Shown here: positions 22,792 to 30,880 of the stretch, one piece after another | Layout: every line of letters starts with the position of its first letter | Numbering within the stretch: the stretch's first letter is position 1 | DNA from: Desulfotalea psychrophila LSv54 | GTDB taxonomy: Bacteria; Desulfobacterota; Desulfobulbia; Desulfobulbales; Desulfocapsaceae | DNA length: 32,000 bases | Direction: 5' to 3' | Assembly: GCF_000025945.1 (NCBI RefSeq) | Contig: NC_006138.1 | Span: forward strand, 1,770,001-1,802,000 | Translations under genes and position numbers: made by a program | The notes under the pieces: generated by a model | Databases searched by the model: none | The model's input: the letters and a program-made list of their open reading frames with translations, nothing else | Told to the model about the DNA's origin: nothing

Positions 22792-24946
22792 TCATTTGGG
22801 TGGCTATATTGCCAAGGTGGTTCGTCCGCTTATTAAGAAGAAGGCCGAGGCCTTTAATGATCAGTATGCTGGCACCGATGATAGTGGAGAGAGGGCGGAG
22901 ATACTTGAGAAACTCAAGGCTCTCAATCAGCTTGGTGCAGACTATTTTGTTGGGACCTTTCTCTTGCCGGGGGAAAATCCTAGTATTACCTATCTTCTCC
23001 AGCCTGCCGGGGACGATCCATTTTTGCTCCGGCAAAGTCCCCATGAGATGATTGTTGCCCTGCCAAAAATTCATTCTATAAACTCTTTTACCCTTAATAC
23101 GGTTAATCTGGCTCAGGCTGATGTCATAGAAATTTTATATGAATGTCGTGGGGGAATTCGCTGTATTGAATTTTTCAGTCTGCGTGATCTCACCCAGAAG
23201 CGCTTTCGTGATGGCGAGGCCCTCGCTGAACTTAAAACTGCCCTGAATAAGGCTGATGTTGTTGCCCTGAAACATATTATTATTAACAATATAGATCAGG
23301 TATGTTTTGGCGATACTGTCTGCGAACAGGCAAGTGATGAGGTGGTTAGTCTTCGTGATATTCTTAATGATATAAATACATTGGCCGAGATGTATGTGCG
23401 CCAGCCTCTACAAACTTATATTGGCAGTGGCTCAACGGGAAATTTTGCCAGCACCTTTGGGATGGGCTTTGTGGTGCTTGAGACTCTGCCTGTGCGCGCT
23501 CAGCGTGAATATGCCCGTTCCGTGCAACATCAGGGAGTGTTTTGTGTGCCAATCAACACCGAGGTATGGGAGAAGTTTACCTATAAGCCTAAAAAGGGCA
23601 TTACCGATCTTGGCAAGCGATTTTTGGCTTTTACCAAGTCCTCCCCTTTCTTTAAACGCCTGGGGCAGACCTGTGTTAAGAGCTATCTTGCCACGGAGAT
23701 TAAGGTTGCCAGAGGGGGGAAATGTGGAAATATTGGCCTGCTCGGTGGTCGGAGCCTTGCCAGTAATGGCTTTGCCATAAAGGCGGCAGAGATTATTGAA
23801 CCTAAGAGGGGACAGCGAATTCCTCTGCGTTATCTGAACAGCACCGTGCTTAACTGGCTTAAGGTTCTCGTTGGCTTTATCCCTGCCTTTTTAACCTTTT
23901 CTCTGACCAAAGATTGGTGGTTACTTTCCTATCTGGGTGCCTTTATCTGGTTTGGTATCACGGGTGGGCGTAATATTATTCAAGCCGTTGTCGGCGGTGG
24001 TGGTGGTCGCAATATTTCCCTCCTCCACTGGCATGAGTATGTTGATTGGAACAGAGTCTCTGACTCCCTGCTCTATACAGGTTTTTCTGTGCCTCTGCTT
24101 GACTGGCTCTGTAAGACGGTGGTTCTGGATCAGGGTTTTGGGGTAAATATCAGTAATAATGCTCTCTTACTCTATACGGTGATGAGTATTACCAATGGTT
24201 TTTATATTTGCAGTCATAATCTCTTTCGAGGCCTGCCCCCTAAGGCTGTTTTTGGCAATTTTTTCAGGAGTCTTCTTTCCATCCCCGTGGCGGTTCTCTT
24301 TAGTTGGGTCATTGGTGGTATTCTTGGTGCCTGTGGTATAGCTACTGCGGGAATCATTTTGCAAAAATGGGCCGCTGTTATCTCTAAGTTTGCCTCGGAT
24401 TGTGTTGGTGGTATCATCGAGGGTGGTGCCGATCGTGGGGCCAATGTTCATATGCGGGTATGGGATTATCAGACGAAATTCAAGCGGGTGCTTCAGCTCT
24501 ATACCAAAATTGAGATACTCTTTCCTGAGCGCAATGTCCTGCGGGTAATGTCGAAGCCGGATAAGTTTTTGGCGGAACTTCGGGAGAGGCGTTCTGGTCT
24601 TGAGAAGGCCCTGATCTTTGATTCACTTGATTTTCTTACCCTGTGGTTGTACCAGCCTCGAGCGTCCACGGCCCTTGAACATATACTGCGGCAAATGACC
24701 ACCGAAGAGCGCTGTGTCTTTTTTATGTCCCAGCTTGTTCTAACTCAGGAGAGGGAGGTTTCACAGCTTCTGTTGGCAGGTTCTTTGGGCGAGCGCTTTG
24801 CCCGTGCCCTCTCTTTTTATCTGGATAGTTATAGACGATACCTGCGGGGACTTGATGCCCTGATGGAAAAAATTGGTACCACCGAGCATAGAGAGCTCTG
24901 TGGTGAAAAACCTTGGGAAATAAGTGATCTTCGTCTGGGCTTTTAG
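22718..24946 (+). CDS. Uncharacterised large protein with a multi-pass membrane C-terminal half; start uncertain (TTG 22718, ATG 22727, GTG 22816, or continuation of the upstream ORF)
   Basis: 742-aa ORF. Hydrophobic helices occupy about aa 385-560 (e.g. LKVLVGFIPAFLTFSL, LLSYLGAFIWFGITGG, LLYTVMSITNGFYICS, LLSIPVAVLFSWVIGGILGACGIATAGIIL), and there is a Gly run GGGGGRN. Confidence 0.6.
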   Translation: MILMCHVWIRLNLLILLGRGQPSTDHLGGYIAKVVRPLIKKKAEAFNDQYAGTDDSGERAEILEKLKALNQLGADYFVGTFLLPGENPSITYLLQPAGDDPFLLRQSPHEMIVALPKIHSINSFTLNTVNLAQADVIEILYECRGGIRCIEFFSLRDLTQKRFRDGEALAELKTALNKADVVALKHIIINNIDQVCFGDTVCEQASDEVVSLRDILNDINTLAEMYVRQPLQTYIGSGSTGNFASTFGMGFVVLETLPVRAQREYARSVQHQGVFCVPINTEVWEKFTYKPKKGITDLGKRFLAFTKSSPFFKRLGQTCVKSYLATEIKVARGGKCGNIGLLGGRSLASNGFAIKAAEIIEPKRGQRIPLRYLNSTVLNWLKVLVGFIPAFLTFSLTKDWWLLSYLGAFIWFGITGGRNIIQAVVGGGGGRNISLLHWHEYVDWNRVSDSLLYTGFSVPLLDWLCKTVVLDQGFGVNISNNALLLYTVMSITNGFYICSHNLFRGLPPKAVFGNFFRSLLSIPVAVLFSWVIGGILGACGIATAGIILQKWAAVISKFASDCVGGIIEGGADRGANVHMRVWDYQTKFKRVLQLYTKIEILFPERNVLRVMSKPDKFLAELRERRSGLEKALIFDSLDFLTLWLYQPRASTALEHILRQMTTEERCVFFMSQLVLTQEREVSQLLLAGSLGERFARALSFYLDSYRRYLRGLDALMEKIGTTEHRELCGEKPWEISDLRLGF

Positions 24947-24980
24947 AGACCATACGGGAGAGTTTGGAGATTTGTTGATT

Positions 24981-25202
24981 ATGTCAATACGGGCAATAGC
25001 GGTAGATTTATACAGGGCCCAGCAGAAGGTGGATGCCCTGCTGTCTCAGATAGAAGAGGCCTCCTCACAGGAGGAAGATGTGCTCCGTACTGAGCTAGGT
25101 GCTGCCCGTCTGGAGCACAGTATGATAAAGAAAATGTTGGAGAGTAAAAAAGAGTCCGGTGATTATAGAAAGAAATTTGGAGGGATGAGTTTCGGCTTGT
25201 GA
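24981..25202 (+). CDS. Small coiled-coil protein, function unknown
   Basis: 73 aa from the ATG at 24981, with GGAGA upstream. It has charged, helical-looking sequence and begins 35 nt after the large membrane-protein gene. Confidence 0.4.
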   Translation: MSIRAIAVDLYRAQQKVDALLSQIEEASSQEEDVLRTELGAARLEHSMIKKMLESKKESGDYRKKFGGMSFGL

Positions 25203-25310
25203 TCTTTTGTTCTCTAAGAGCTTGTCTGTGAGGGGACAAAGTTGTATTTTGCAAAGTTGTTGATAGTGTCTGATTTATTTTATTTTGTTTTTTAAAGATA
25301 GAGGTTTGAA

Positions 25311-26498
25311 ATGGAGTCGTTATTCTCTGCTCGGATTAAAAAAGTTCCCCGTTCTTTCATTCGTGAGATATTAAAAGTTTCCCTTGATCCGGAAATTATT
25401 TCTTTTGCCGGGGGTATTCCTAACCCTGCTCTCTTTCCCCTGAAAGAGTTAGAGGCGGCAACAGCCAAGGTCTTTGCCGAAAAGGGTGCAGCTGCCCTGC
25501 AGTATAGCAATTCCGAGGGCGTCCTGGCTCTTCGTGAGCAGGTTGCCGCCCGCTATCTGCATACCCATGGCTTTCAAATTCCTGTGGAGAATATTCTTAT
25601 TACCTGTGGTTCTCAGCAGGCTCTGGATCTGCTTGGTAAATCTCTCTTGGATGAGGGTGACAGGGTGCTTATTGAGGAGCCTGGTTATCTTGGCGCCATC
25701 CAGTCTCTCTCTCTCTTTCAGCCTCAATTTGTCCCCGTCCCTCTGGCTGGTGATGGTGTTGATACCCGGGCCATGGCGGCGAGACTTGCGGAGGGGGCGG
25801 CCAAGATGTTTTACTGTGTCCCCACCTTTCAGAACCCGTCCGGACTCTCCTATACAGAGTCTGTGGTTAGGGAGGTTGCAGATCTTGCCAGAAAGAATAA
25901 CTTTCTTATTGTCGAGGATAGTCCCTACGGAGAGTTACGTTTTCGCGGAGAGCGTGCCCCCTCTTTTTACCAATTTCTGCCCGAACAGACCGTGTTAATG
26001 GGGACATTTTCTAAGAGTGTTACTCCGGGATTCCGTATTGGTTGGGTTGTGGCTCCGCCTGTTCTGCAGGAGAAGTTGCTTATTGCTAAGCAGGCTGCAG
26101 ACCTGCATACCTCAAATTTTACCCAGATGATTCTGGCCCAGTATCTTGAGGATAATGATCTGGATAAGCATATTGAAAAAATTGTTAAGCTTTATGGGAA
26201 AAACTGCCTGATGATGGAGCAGGTACTTGCCGAGTGCTTTCCCGCTGAGGTGCACTTTACCAAACCGGACGGTGGTATGTTTCTCTGGGGCGAGTTGCCG
26301 GAGGGGATGGAGTCCATGGCCCTTTTTGATTACTGCTTGGCGGAAAAGGTTGTTTTTGTGCCGGGAGAGCCTTTTTATACCAATAATAATCCCACCAGGT
26401 CGTTCAGGTTAAGTTTTTCCTGTGTGAATGAGGCTTCTATTCGTGAGGGTATTGGCCGTTTTGTCCGTGGCTATAATGCCTATGCGGCCAGCCTTTAG
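25311..26498 (+). CDS. PLP-dependent aminotransferase, class I/II (LysN / 2-aminoadipate-transaminase-like subgroup)
   Basis: 395 aa. It has the N-terminal IREILK...ISFAGGIPNP signature and a PLP-lysine region FSKSVTPGFRIGW. Confidence 0.8.
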   Translation: MESLFSARIKKVPRSFIREILKVSLDPEIISFAGGIPNPALFPLKELEAATAKVFAEKGAAALQYSNSEGVLALREQVAARYLHTHGFQIPVENILITCGSQQALDLLGKSLLDEGDRVLIEEPGYLGAIQSLSLFQPQFVPVPLAGDGVDTRAMAARLAEGAAKMFYCVPTFQNPSGLSYTESVVREVADLARKNNFLIVEDSPYGELRFRGERAPSFYQFLPEQTVLMGTFSKSVTPGFRIGWVVAPPVLQEKLLIAKQAADLHTSNFTQMILAQYLEDNDLDKHIEKIVKLYGKNCLMMEQVLAECFPAEVHFTKPDGGMFLWGELPEGMESMALFDYCLAEKVVFVPGEPFYTNNNPTRSFRLSFSCVNEASIREGIGRFVRGYNAYAASL

Positions 26499-26505
26499 TC
26501 TTGCC

Positions 26506-26536
26506 AAAGGGTCGGGAGCCTGGCTCCCGACCCTTT
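26506..26536. terminator. Bidirectional intrinsic terminator between convergent genes
   Basis: A perfect 15-nt inverted repeat AAAGGGTCGGGAGCC t GGCTCCCGACCCTTT, lying between the aminotransferase stop and the folE2 stop. Confidence 0.75.
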
Positions 26537-26539
26537 CGT

Positions 26540-27295
26540 TTACAGGTTCAGGTCTTCACTGTTTACATAGGCATAGGCATTATGTTTATGGATTGATTCG
26601 AAGCTCTCTACGCTGATCGAGAATGCGTGGATCAGTGGATGCTCTCCTGCCCTGACGGCAATCTTTCGTACCACATCTTCGACGAACATGGGGTTGTCGA
26701 AGGCCTTTTCGGTGACATATTTTTCATCGGGTCGTTTGAGGACAGAGTAGACCTGGCAGGAGGCTGATTCTTCAACAAGCTGAATAAGATCTTCCAGCCA
26801 GAGATGTTCCTTCATCTCTACCCTGAAAATAGCCTCGGCCCGTTGGTTGTGGGCGCCGCCATCGCTGATCTCTTTGGAGCATGGACAAAGGGTGGTGACA
26901 GGTACATAGAGGCTGGTGGTAATGCCCGACTCCCCTGTGCTGGCAGAAAAGGTGCAGTTGTATTCCATCAGGCCGCGAAGCTCGCTTACCGGTGCCTTTT
27001 TGCTGACAAAGAAGGGGCAGGAGAGGCTCAGGGTAATTTTTTCAACCCCGATATTTTCCTTGAACTCTTCCAGAAGTCTGTGCCAGCTCTTTGGCTCTAT
27101 CTCTTTAGTGAAGGATGGCAGGAGGCGCTGAACTTCCCCCGAAATATCTCCCTTAAGCGTCTCTTTTATAGTTGCGGTGATCTTACAGCTGGCGATGCTA
27201 TGCTGGAGCTTGCCATCTTTTTGCCCGAGGATGATGGGAATTTCCAGGTCGGCAATACCTACCTTTTGACATATTGTGCTCTGTTTTTTAGACAT
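26540..27295 (-). CDS. folE2: GTP cyclohydrolase IB family protein (FolE2/MptA, DUF198-type)
   Basis: Contains TTLCPCSKEISDGGAHNQRAEA, VLKRPDEKYVTEKAFDNPMFVEDVVR and ESFESIHKHNAYAY, which closely resemble FolE2 sequences I recall. Confidence 0.8.
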   Translation of the reverse strand: MSKKQSTICQKVGIADLEIPIILGQKDGKLQHSIASCKITATIKETLKGDISGEVQRLLPSFTKEIEPKSWHRLLEEFKENIGVEKITLSLSCPFFVSKKAPVSELRGLMEYNCTFSASTGESGITTSLYVPVTTLCPCSKEISDGGAHNQRAEAIFRVEMKEHLWLEDLIQLVEESASCQVYSVLKRPDEKYVTEKAFDNPMFVEDVVRKIAVRAGEHPLIHAFSISVESFESIHKHNAYAYVNSEDLNL

Positions 27296-27346
27296 TGTAT
27301 TTTCTGTTCTGAAAGTATTTGCAGATAATAACTCTGTGCAGAGCCG

Positions 27347-28237
27347 TTATCCCTGAAGCTGTTGAGAGTTGCTTACCCCCAGAGAGTCATATATTTCCCG
27401 GGTGGCGGTCGAGGTATTAAGGGTGAAGAACTGTATACCACGCACGTGTTGGTCTATCAGATCTCGTACCTGTTCTGTCGCCCAGTGTATACCAACCTTG
27501 CGTACCATTGTATCATTTTCTGCCCGTTGGACTATTTTTAACAGTTTTGCCGGGATTCTTGCCCCTGCAGCAAGCTCTGCGGTCCGAATCAGCCCCTTTT
27601 TGCTGGCGACGGGCATGATGCCTGCCACAATGGGTACGGTGATTCCTGCCTGTAGGCATCTCTCTGAAAAATCATAGAAGTCATGATTATCATAGAAGAG
27701 TTGGGTGACAATATAGTCAGCACCCTGCTCGACTTTTTGGCGTAGATGCTCAATTTCTTGTAGTCGATTTGGGGTTTCGGGATGGCCTTCCGGAAAACCT
27801 GCTACTCCGACACACATATGCGGGAAGTGTCTCTTTATAAAACCGACAAGATCGGCCGCATAGAGGAAATCATCCACCGTTTCAGCCGCATCATCTGTAG
27901 GTGCTGGTGGATCACCCTTCAGGGCCAGGATGTTGTGGATTCCCGCCTCGTCATAGCGTTTGAGGATGCGCAGTATCTCTGCCCTGCTGGAACCTACGCA
28001 GGTGAGATGGGAGACCACGGTGAGATTTGTCTCTCTTCTTATGCGAAGAACGAGGTCATGGGTCTTCTCCCGGGTAGAGCCTCCTGCCCCGTAGGTTATG
28101 CTGATATAGGATGGGGCCAGGGGGATGAGCTGTTTCAGGGTTTGTAGGAGACGTTCCTCTCCCTCTTTGTTTTTTGGGGGAAAAAACTCAAAGCTGAATG
28201 TTGGTGAATAGTGCTCTAGCAGGTCTCGGACAAGCAT
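27347..28237 (-). CDS. metF: 5,10-methylenetetrahydrofolate reductase
   Basis: Has the N-terminal FSFEFFPPK signature, ISITYGAGGSTR, and the overall length (296 aa) typical of MetF. Confidence 0.85.
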   Translation of the reverse strand: MLVRDLLEHYSPTFSFEFFPPKNKEGEERLLQTLKQLIPLAPSYISITYGAGGSTREKTHDLVLRIRRETNLTVVSHLTCVGSSRAEILRILKRYDEAGIHNILALKGDPPAPTDDAAETVDDFLYAADLVGFIKRHFPHMCVGVAGFPEGHPETPNRLQEIEHLRQKVEQGADYIVTQLFYDNHDFYDFSERCLQAGITVPIVAGIMPVASKKGLIRTAELAAGARIPAKLLKIVQRAENDTMVRKVGIHWATEQVRDLIDQHVRGIQFFTLNTSTATREIYDSLGVSNSQQLQG

Positions 28238-28533
28238 TGTGGCTCTCTTGGCTGTGGAGGAAGGCGCTCAGGGAGGCTTGTGCCTCTCTGTCTTTTCTCC
28301 TGGTTTTGTTTTTTTTTGTGAAGGGGGAAGAGGCATACTACCCTGTTTGTTGAGTCTTTCTCAAGGGCATTTTCGCTTGATTTTGCAATAGAGAAAATTT
28401 TTCAAGCGTTTATTGTTATTTCAGTGTATTTTTCCCGCTTCTATGAGCGGGATTAACCTACATTTTTCTGCCTGGCCGGATAGAGGGACGGGCGGTGTTT
28501 ATGTCCCCGTAAAAACGACGAGATAGGTAATCT

Positions 28534-28926
28534 ATGACCAGCGAAGAGGCAAGGATAAGAGTAGATAAATGGCTGTGGGCGGCCCGTTTTTTCAAAACAC
28601 GTTCTCTTGCCTCCGCGGCAGTAAATGGTGGCAAGGTTCATCTGGGTGGCAATCGGGTCAAGGCATCTCGTCCCGTTGGGGTGGGGATGGTGCTTACCAT
28701 CACCCGGGGAGTGGTTGAGTTTGAGGTCACTATTCTTGCTCTTAATCAACAGCGCAGACCGGCGGTTGAGGCCCAACTACTCTATGAGGAAAGTGAGGCA
28801 AGCAGAATCAAAAGGGAGGAGAATCGTGAGTTGCGTAGAGCCCTCAATGTTAGCCACAGTCCTCCTGCGAAAAAACCAAGCAAACGAGATCGACGTAAGA
28901 TAAAAGAGTTTGTTCGCAAAAGTTAG
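28534..28926 (+). CDS. hslR: S4-domain ribosome-associated heat-shock protein Hsp15
   Basis: An S4 RNA-binding motif RVDKWLWAARFFKTRSLASAAVNGGKVHLGG, a basic C-terminal tail, 130 aa. Confidence 0.8.
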   Translation: MTSEEARIRVDKWLWAARFFKTRSLASAAVNGGKVHLGGNRVKASRPVGVGMVLTITRGVVEFEVTILALNQQRRPAVEAQLLYEESEASRIKREENRELRRALNVSHSPPAKKPSKRDRRKIKEFVRKS

Positions 28927-28951
28927 AGGCACTACTTTATAATATTTTCTC

Positions 28952-28973
28952 CCACCGATTTCAGGTGGTTTTT
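28952..28973 (+). terminator. Weak intrinsic terminator candidate after hslR
   Basis: CCACC-gatttca-GGTGG followed by TTTTT; the stem is only 5 bp. Confidence 0.35.
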
Positions 28974-29012
28974 ACCTGGTGAACCCACCAATATATCTAC
29001 AAGGAGTATACT

Positions 29013-29633
29013 GTGAAGAAAATAGAAAGGGCACTTATTAGTCTTACCGATAAAGCTGGTATAGAAGGCTTTGCAACTGAGTTGGCTGAGCTTGGTGTTG
29101 ATTTACTCTCCACCGGTGGAACTGCAAAAAAATTGCGTGATGCCGGTCTTGATGTAAGGGATGTTTCTGAATTCACAGGTTTTCCTGAAATGCTTGATGG
29201 TCGGGTAAAGACCCTCCATCCCAAGGTGCACGGTGGTATTTTAAATCAGCGTGACAATGAGGAGCACCGTCGACAATGTGCTGATCATGACCTGCAGAAC
29301 ATCGATTTGATTGCAGTAAATCTCTATGCCTTTGCAGAGACCGTGGCAGATCCGGATTGTAGTCTTGCCGATGCCATTGAAAATATTGATATTGGCGGCC
29401 CAACCATGTTGCGGGCAGCGGCTAAAAACTTTAATGATGTCACCGTCATTGTTGACCCGGCAGATTATCCGCAGGTAATTGCTGAGATTAAGGCCACAGG
29501 TAATACCACTCTGAAAACTCGTTTCCGCCTTGCTGCTAAGGTCTTTAAGCTTACCTCCACCTATGATACGGCAATTTCAGCCTGGCTCGATAAGGTAGAT
29601 GTTGAAACCAATAGCTTTTTTGATGGGGAGTAG
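29013..29633 (+). CDS. purH: IMP cyclohydrolase: stand-alone N-terminal MGS-like domain of PurH, with no AICAR transformylase domain
   Basis: The GTG lies 6 nt after AAGGAG. Contains [35 protein letters not shown] and [14 protein letters not shown], typical of the PurH N-domain. The ORF stops at 206 aa, at the domain boundary. Confidence 0.8.
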   Translation: MKKIERALISLTDKAGIEGFATELAELGVDLLSTGGTAKKLRDAGLDVRDVSEFTGFPEMLDGRVKTLHPKVHGGILNQRDNEEHRRQCADHDLQNIDLIAVNLYAFAETVADPDCSLADAIENIDIGGPTMLRAAAKNFNDVTVIVDPADYPQVIAEIKATGNTTLKTRFRLAAKVFKLTSTYDTAISAWLDKVDVETNSFFDGE

Positions 29634-29636
29634 GCA

Positions 29637-30218
29637 ATGTTGAAAATGGCGGTTCTTCTTTCTGGTAGTGGTCGTACCCTTGATAATTTCCATGAGCGTA
29701 TAGAGGAAGGTTCTCTGTCGGCCAGTATTGAGGTGGTGATTTCTAATGTCCAGGACGCTCTTGGTTTGACCAAGGCAGAAAATTATGGTTATCCCGCCTA
29801 TTATGGCGTAAATAACGAGGCCATTAATCAAATTATTGCCAATTTTGATGTTGATATTATCTGTCTTGCGGGGTATTTGAAATTATATACGCCGCCTGCC
29901 CGTCTTCAGCGGGCAGTGTTGAATATTCATCCAAGCCTTATACCGGCCTTTTGCGGAGATGGCTTTTATGGGAGTCGGGTACACCGGGCAGTGAAGGCCA
30001 AGGGCTGTACCGTCAGTGGTTGTACCGTCCACTTTGCCAATGAGGTCTATGACGAGGGCCCCATTATTTTGCAAAAGTCCGTGGCCCTTGATTATGATGA
30101 TGAGCCCAGTGATATTGCCTCCAGGGTTTTTGACGCGGAGTGTGAGGCCTTTCCCGAGGCTATTAACCGGGTAGATGAGCTTGGTATCGACTTTTTCTGG
30201 AAGAGGAGCGGAAAATGA
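29637..30218 (+). CDS. purN: Phosphoribosylglycinamide formyltransferase
   Basis: Contains VLLSGSGRTL, ICLAGY, LNIHPSLIP and GCTVHF...DEGPII, typical PurN motifs. GGGGAG lies 6 nt before the ATG. Confidence 0.85.
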   Translation: MLKMAVLLSGSGRTLDNFHERIEEGSLSASIEVVISNVQDALGLTKAENYGYPAYYGVNNEAINQIIANFDVDIICLAGYLKLYTPPARLQRAVLNIHPSLIPAFCGDGFYGSRVHRAVKAKGCTVSGCTVHFANEVYDEGPIILQKSVALDYDDEPSDIASRVFDAECEAFPEAINRVDELGIDFFWKRSGK

Positions 30219-30751
30219 GAGAGCAGAAGCGAATTTTGATGCAGGCCCAGGATATTGATATGGCTCTTGAGCGTATCTCTTTGCAAATTCTGGAAAAAAA
30301 CAAAAACAGAGAGCATCTTGCTGTTATTGGGATTCATACCTGTGGTGTCCACCTCGGTCGCCGTATTCATGCCCTGCTCTCCGAAAAACTTGGCCGTAAG
30401 ATTCCCTTTGGTAGTCTCGATATTAATCTGTATCGTGATGACTGGAGTCTTGTCAGTCAAAATCCCGTGGTTAAGACCACCAATCTGCCCTTTGAGGTTG
30501 ATGGTACTACTATTATTCTTGTCGATGATGTGATCTTCTCTGGCAGGACTGTCCGGGCGGGGATGGATGCTATTTTTGATTACGGCAGACCGGCAAGTCT
30601 GCAGTTGGCGACCCTTATTGATCGGGGTGAACGCGAGTTACCCATCTCTCCCGACTATGTGGGAATGGCTACGGAGATACTGCCTCAGGAGCGTATCGAG
30701 GTGGTTGTGGATGGGGAGAACAACTGTATTGAGGTGGTGGTGGAAAGTTAA
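30215..30751 (+). CDS. pyrR: PyrR-type bifunctional regulator / uracil phosphoribosyltransferase
   Basis: PRPP-binding loop IILVDDVIFSGRTVRA. Its 178-aa length and N-terminal ILEKN...LAVIGIHTCG pattern are typical of PyrR. The ATGA overlaps the purN stop. Confidence 0.8.
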   Translation: MREQKRILMQAQDIDMALERISLQILEKNKNREHLAVIGIHTCGVHLGRRIHALLSEKLGRKIPFGSLDINLYRDDWSLVSQNPVVKTTNLPFEVDGTTIILVDDVIFSGRTVRAGMDAIFDYGRPASLQLATLIDRGERELPISPDYVGMATEILPQERIEVVVDGENNCIEVVVES

Positions 30752-30781
30752 TTGCATTTTTTTTCCAGGAACCACTTATCA

Positions 30782-30825
30782 ATAGCACGACATGTACTAT
30801 AGTGTATGTCGTGCTATTTTCGTTT
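30782..30825 (+). terminator. Intrinsic terminator after pyrR
   Basis: A 12-bp perfect stem ATAGCACGACAT / ATGTCGTGCTAT with a 12-nt loop, followed by TTTCGTTT. Confidence 0.65.
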
Positions 30826-30880
30826 AAAAAAACATTTATATAATATGTACGCCTCTGGCGAATAGGAATAGAGATAAATC

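Noticed and set aside
21487-25310. The possibility that the uncharacterised genes downstream of tRNA-Leu(UAG) form a tRNA-inserted genomic island
   Set aside because: There is no integrase and no direct repeat of the tRNA 3' end near 25203-25310. Base composition is similar to neighbouring host genes, and the tRNA has its own intact terminator.
28238-28533. The metF leader / divergent intergenic region, examined for a SAM or SAH riboswitch. It also contains a 9-nt match, CAGAGAGGC (complement of 28282-28290), to the core of the PyrR-binding loop.
   Set aside because: I could not match the conserved cores of the SAM-I, SAM-II or SAH riboswitches by eye. A specific 9-mer is expected about 0.2 times by chance in 64 kb of two-strand sequence, and metF is not a known PyrR target. 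A covariance-model scan (Rfam/Infernal) would settle it.
28952-28989. GGTGG (28964-28968) can pair with CCACC either upstream (28952-28956) or downstream (28985-28989). This was considered as a terminator/antiterminator switch ahead of the purH'-purN-pyrR unit.
   Set aside because: The stems are only 5 bp, and there is no conserved leader motif or leader peptide. This is too weak to support a regulatory call.
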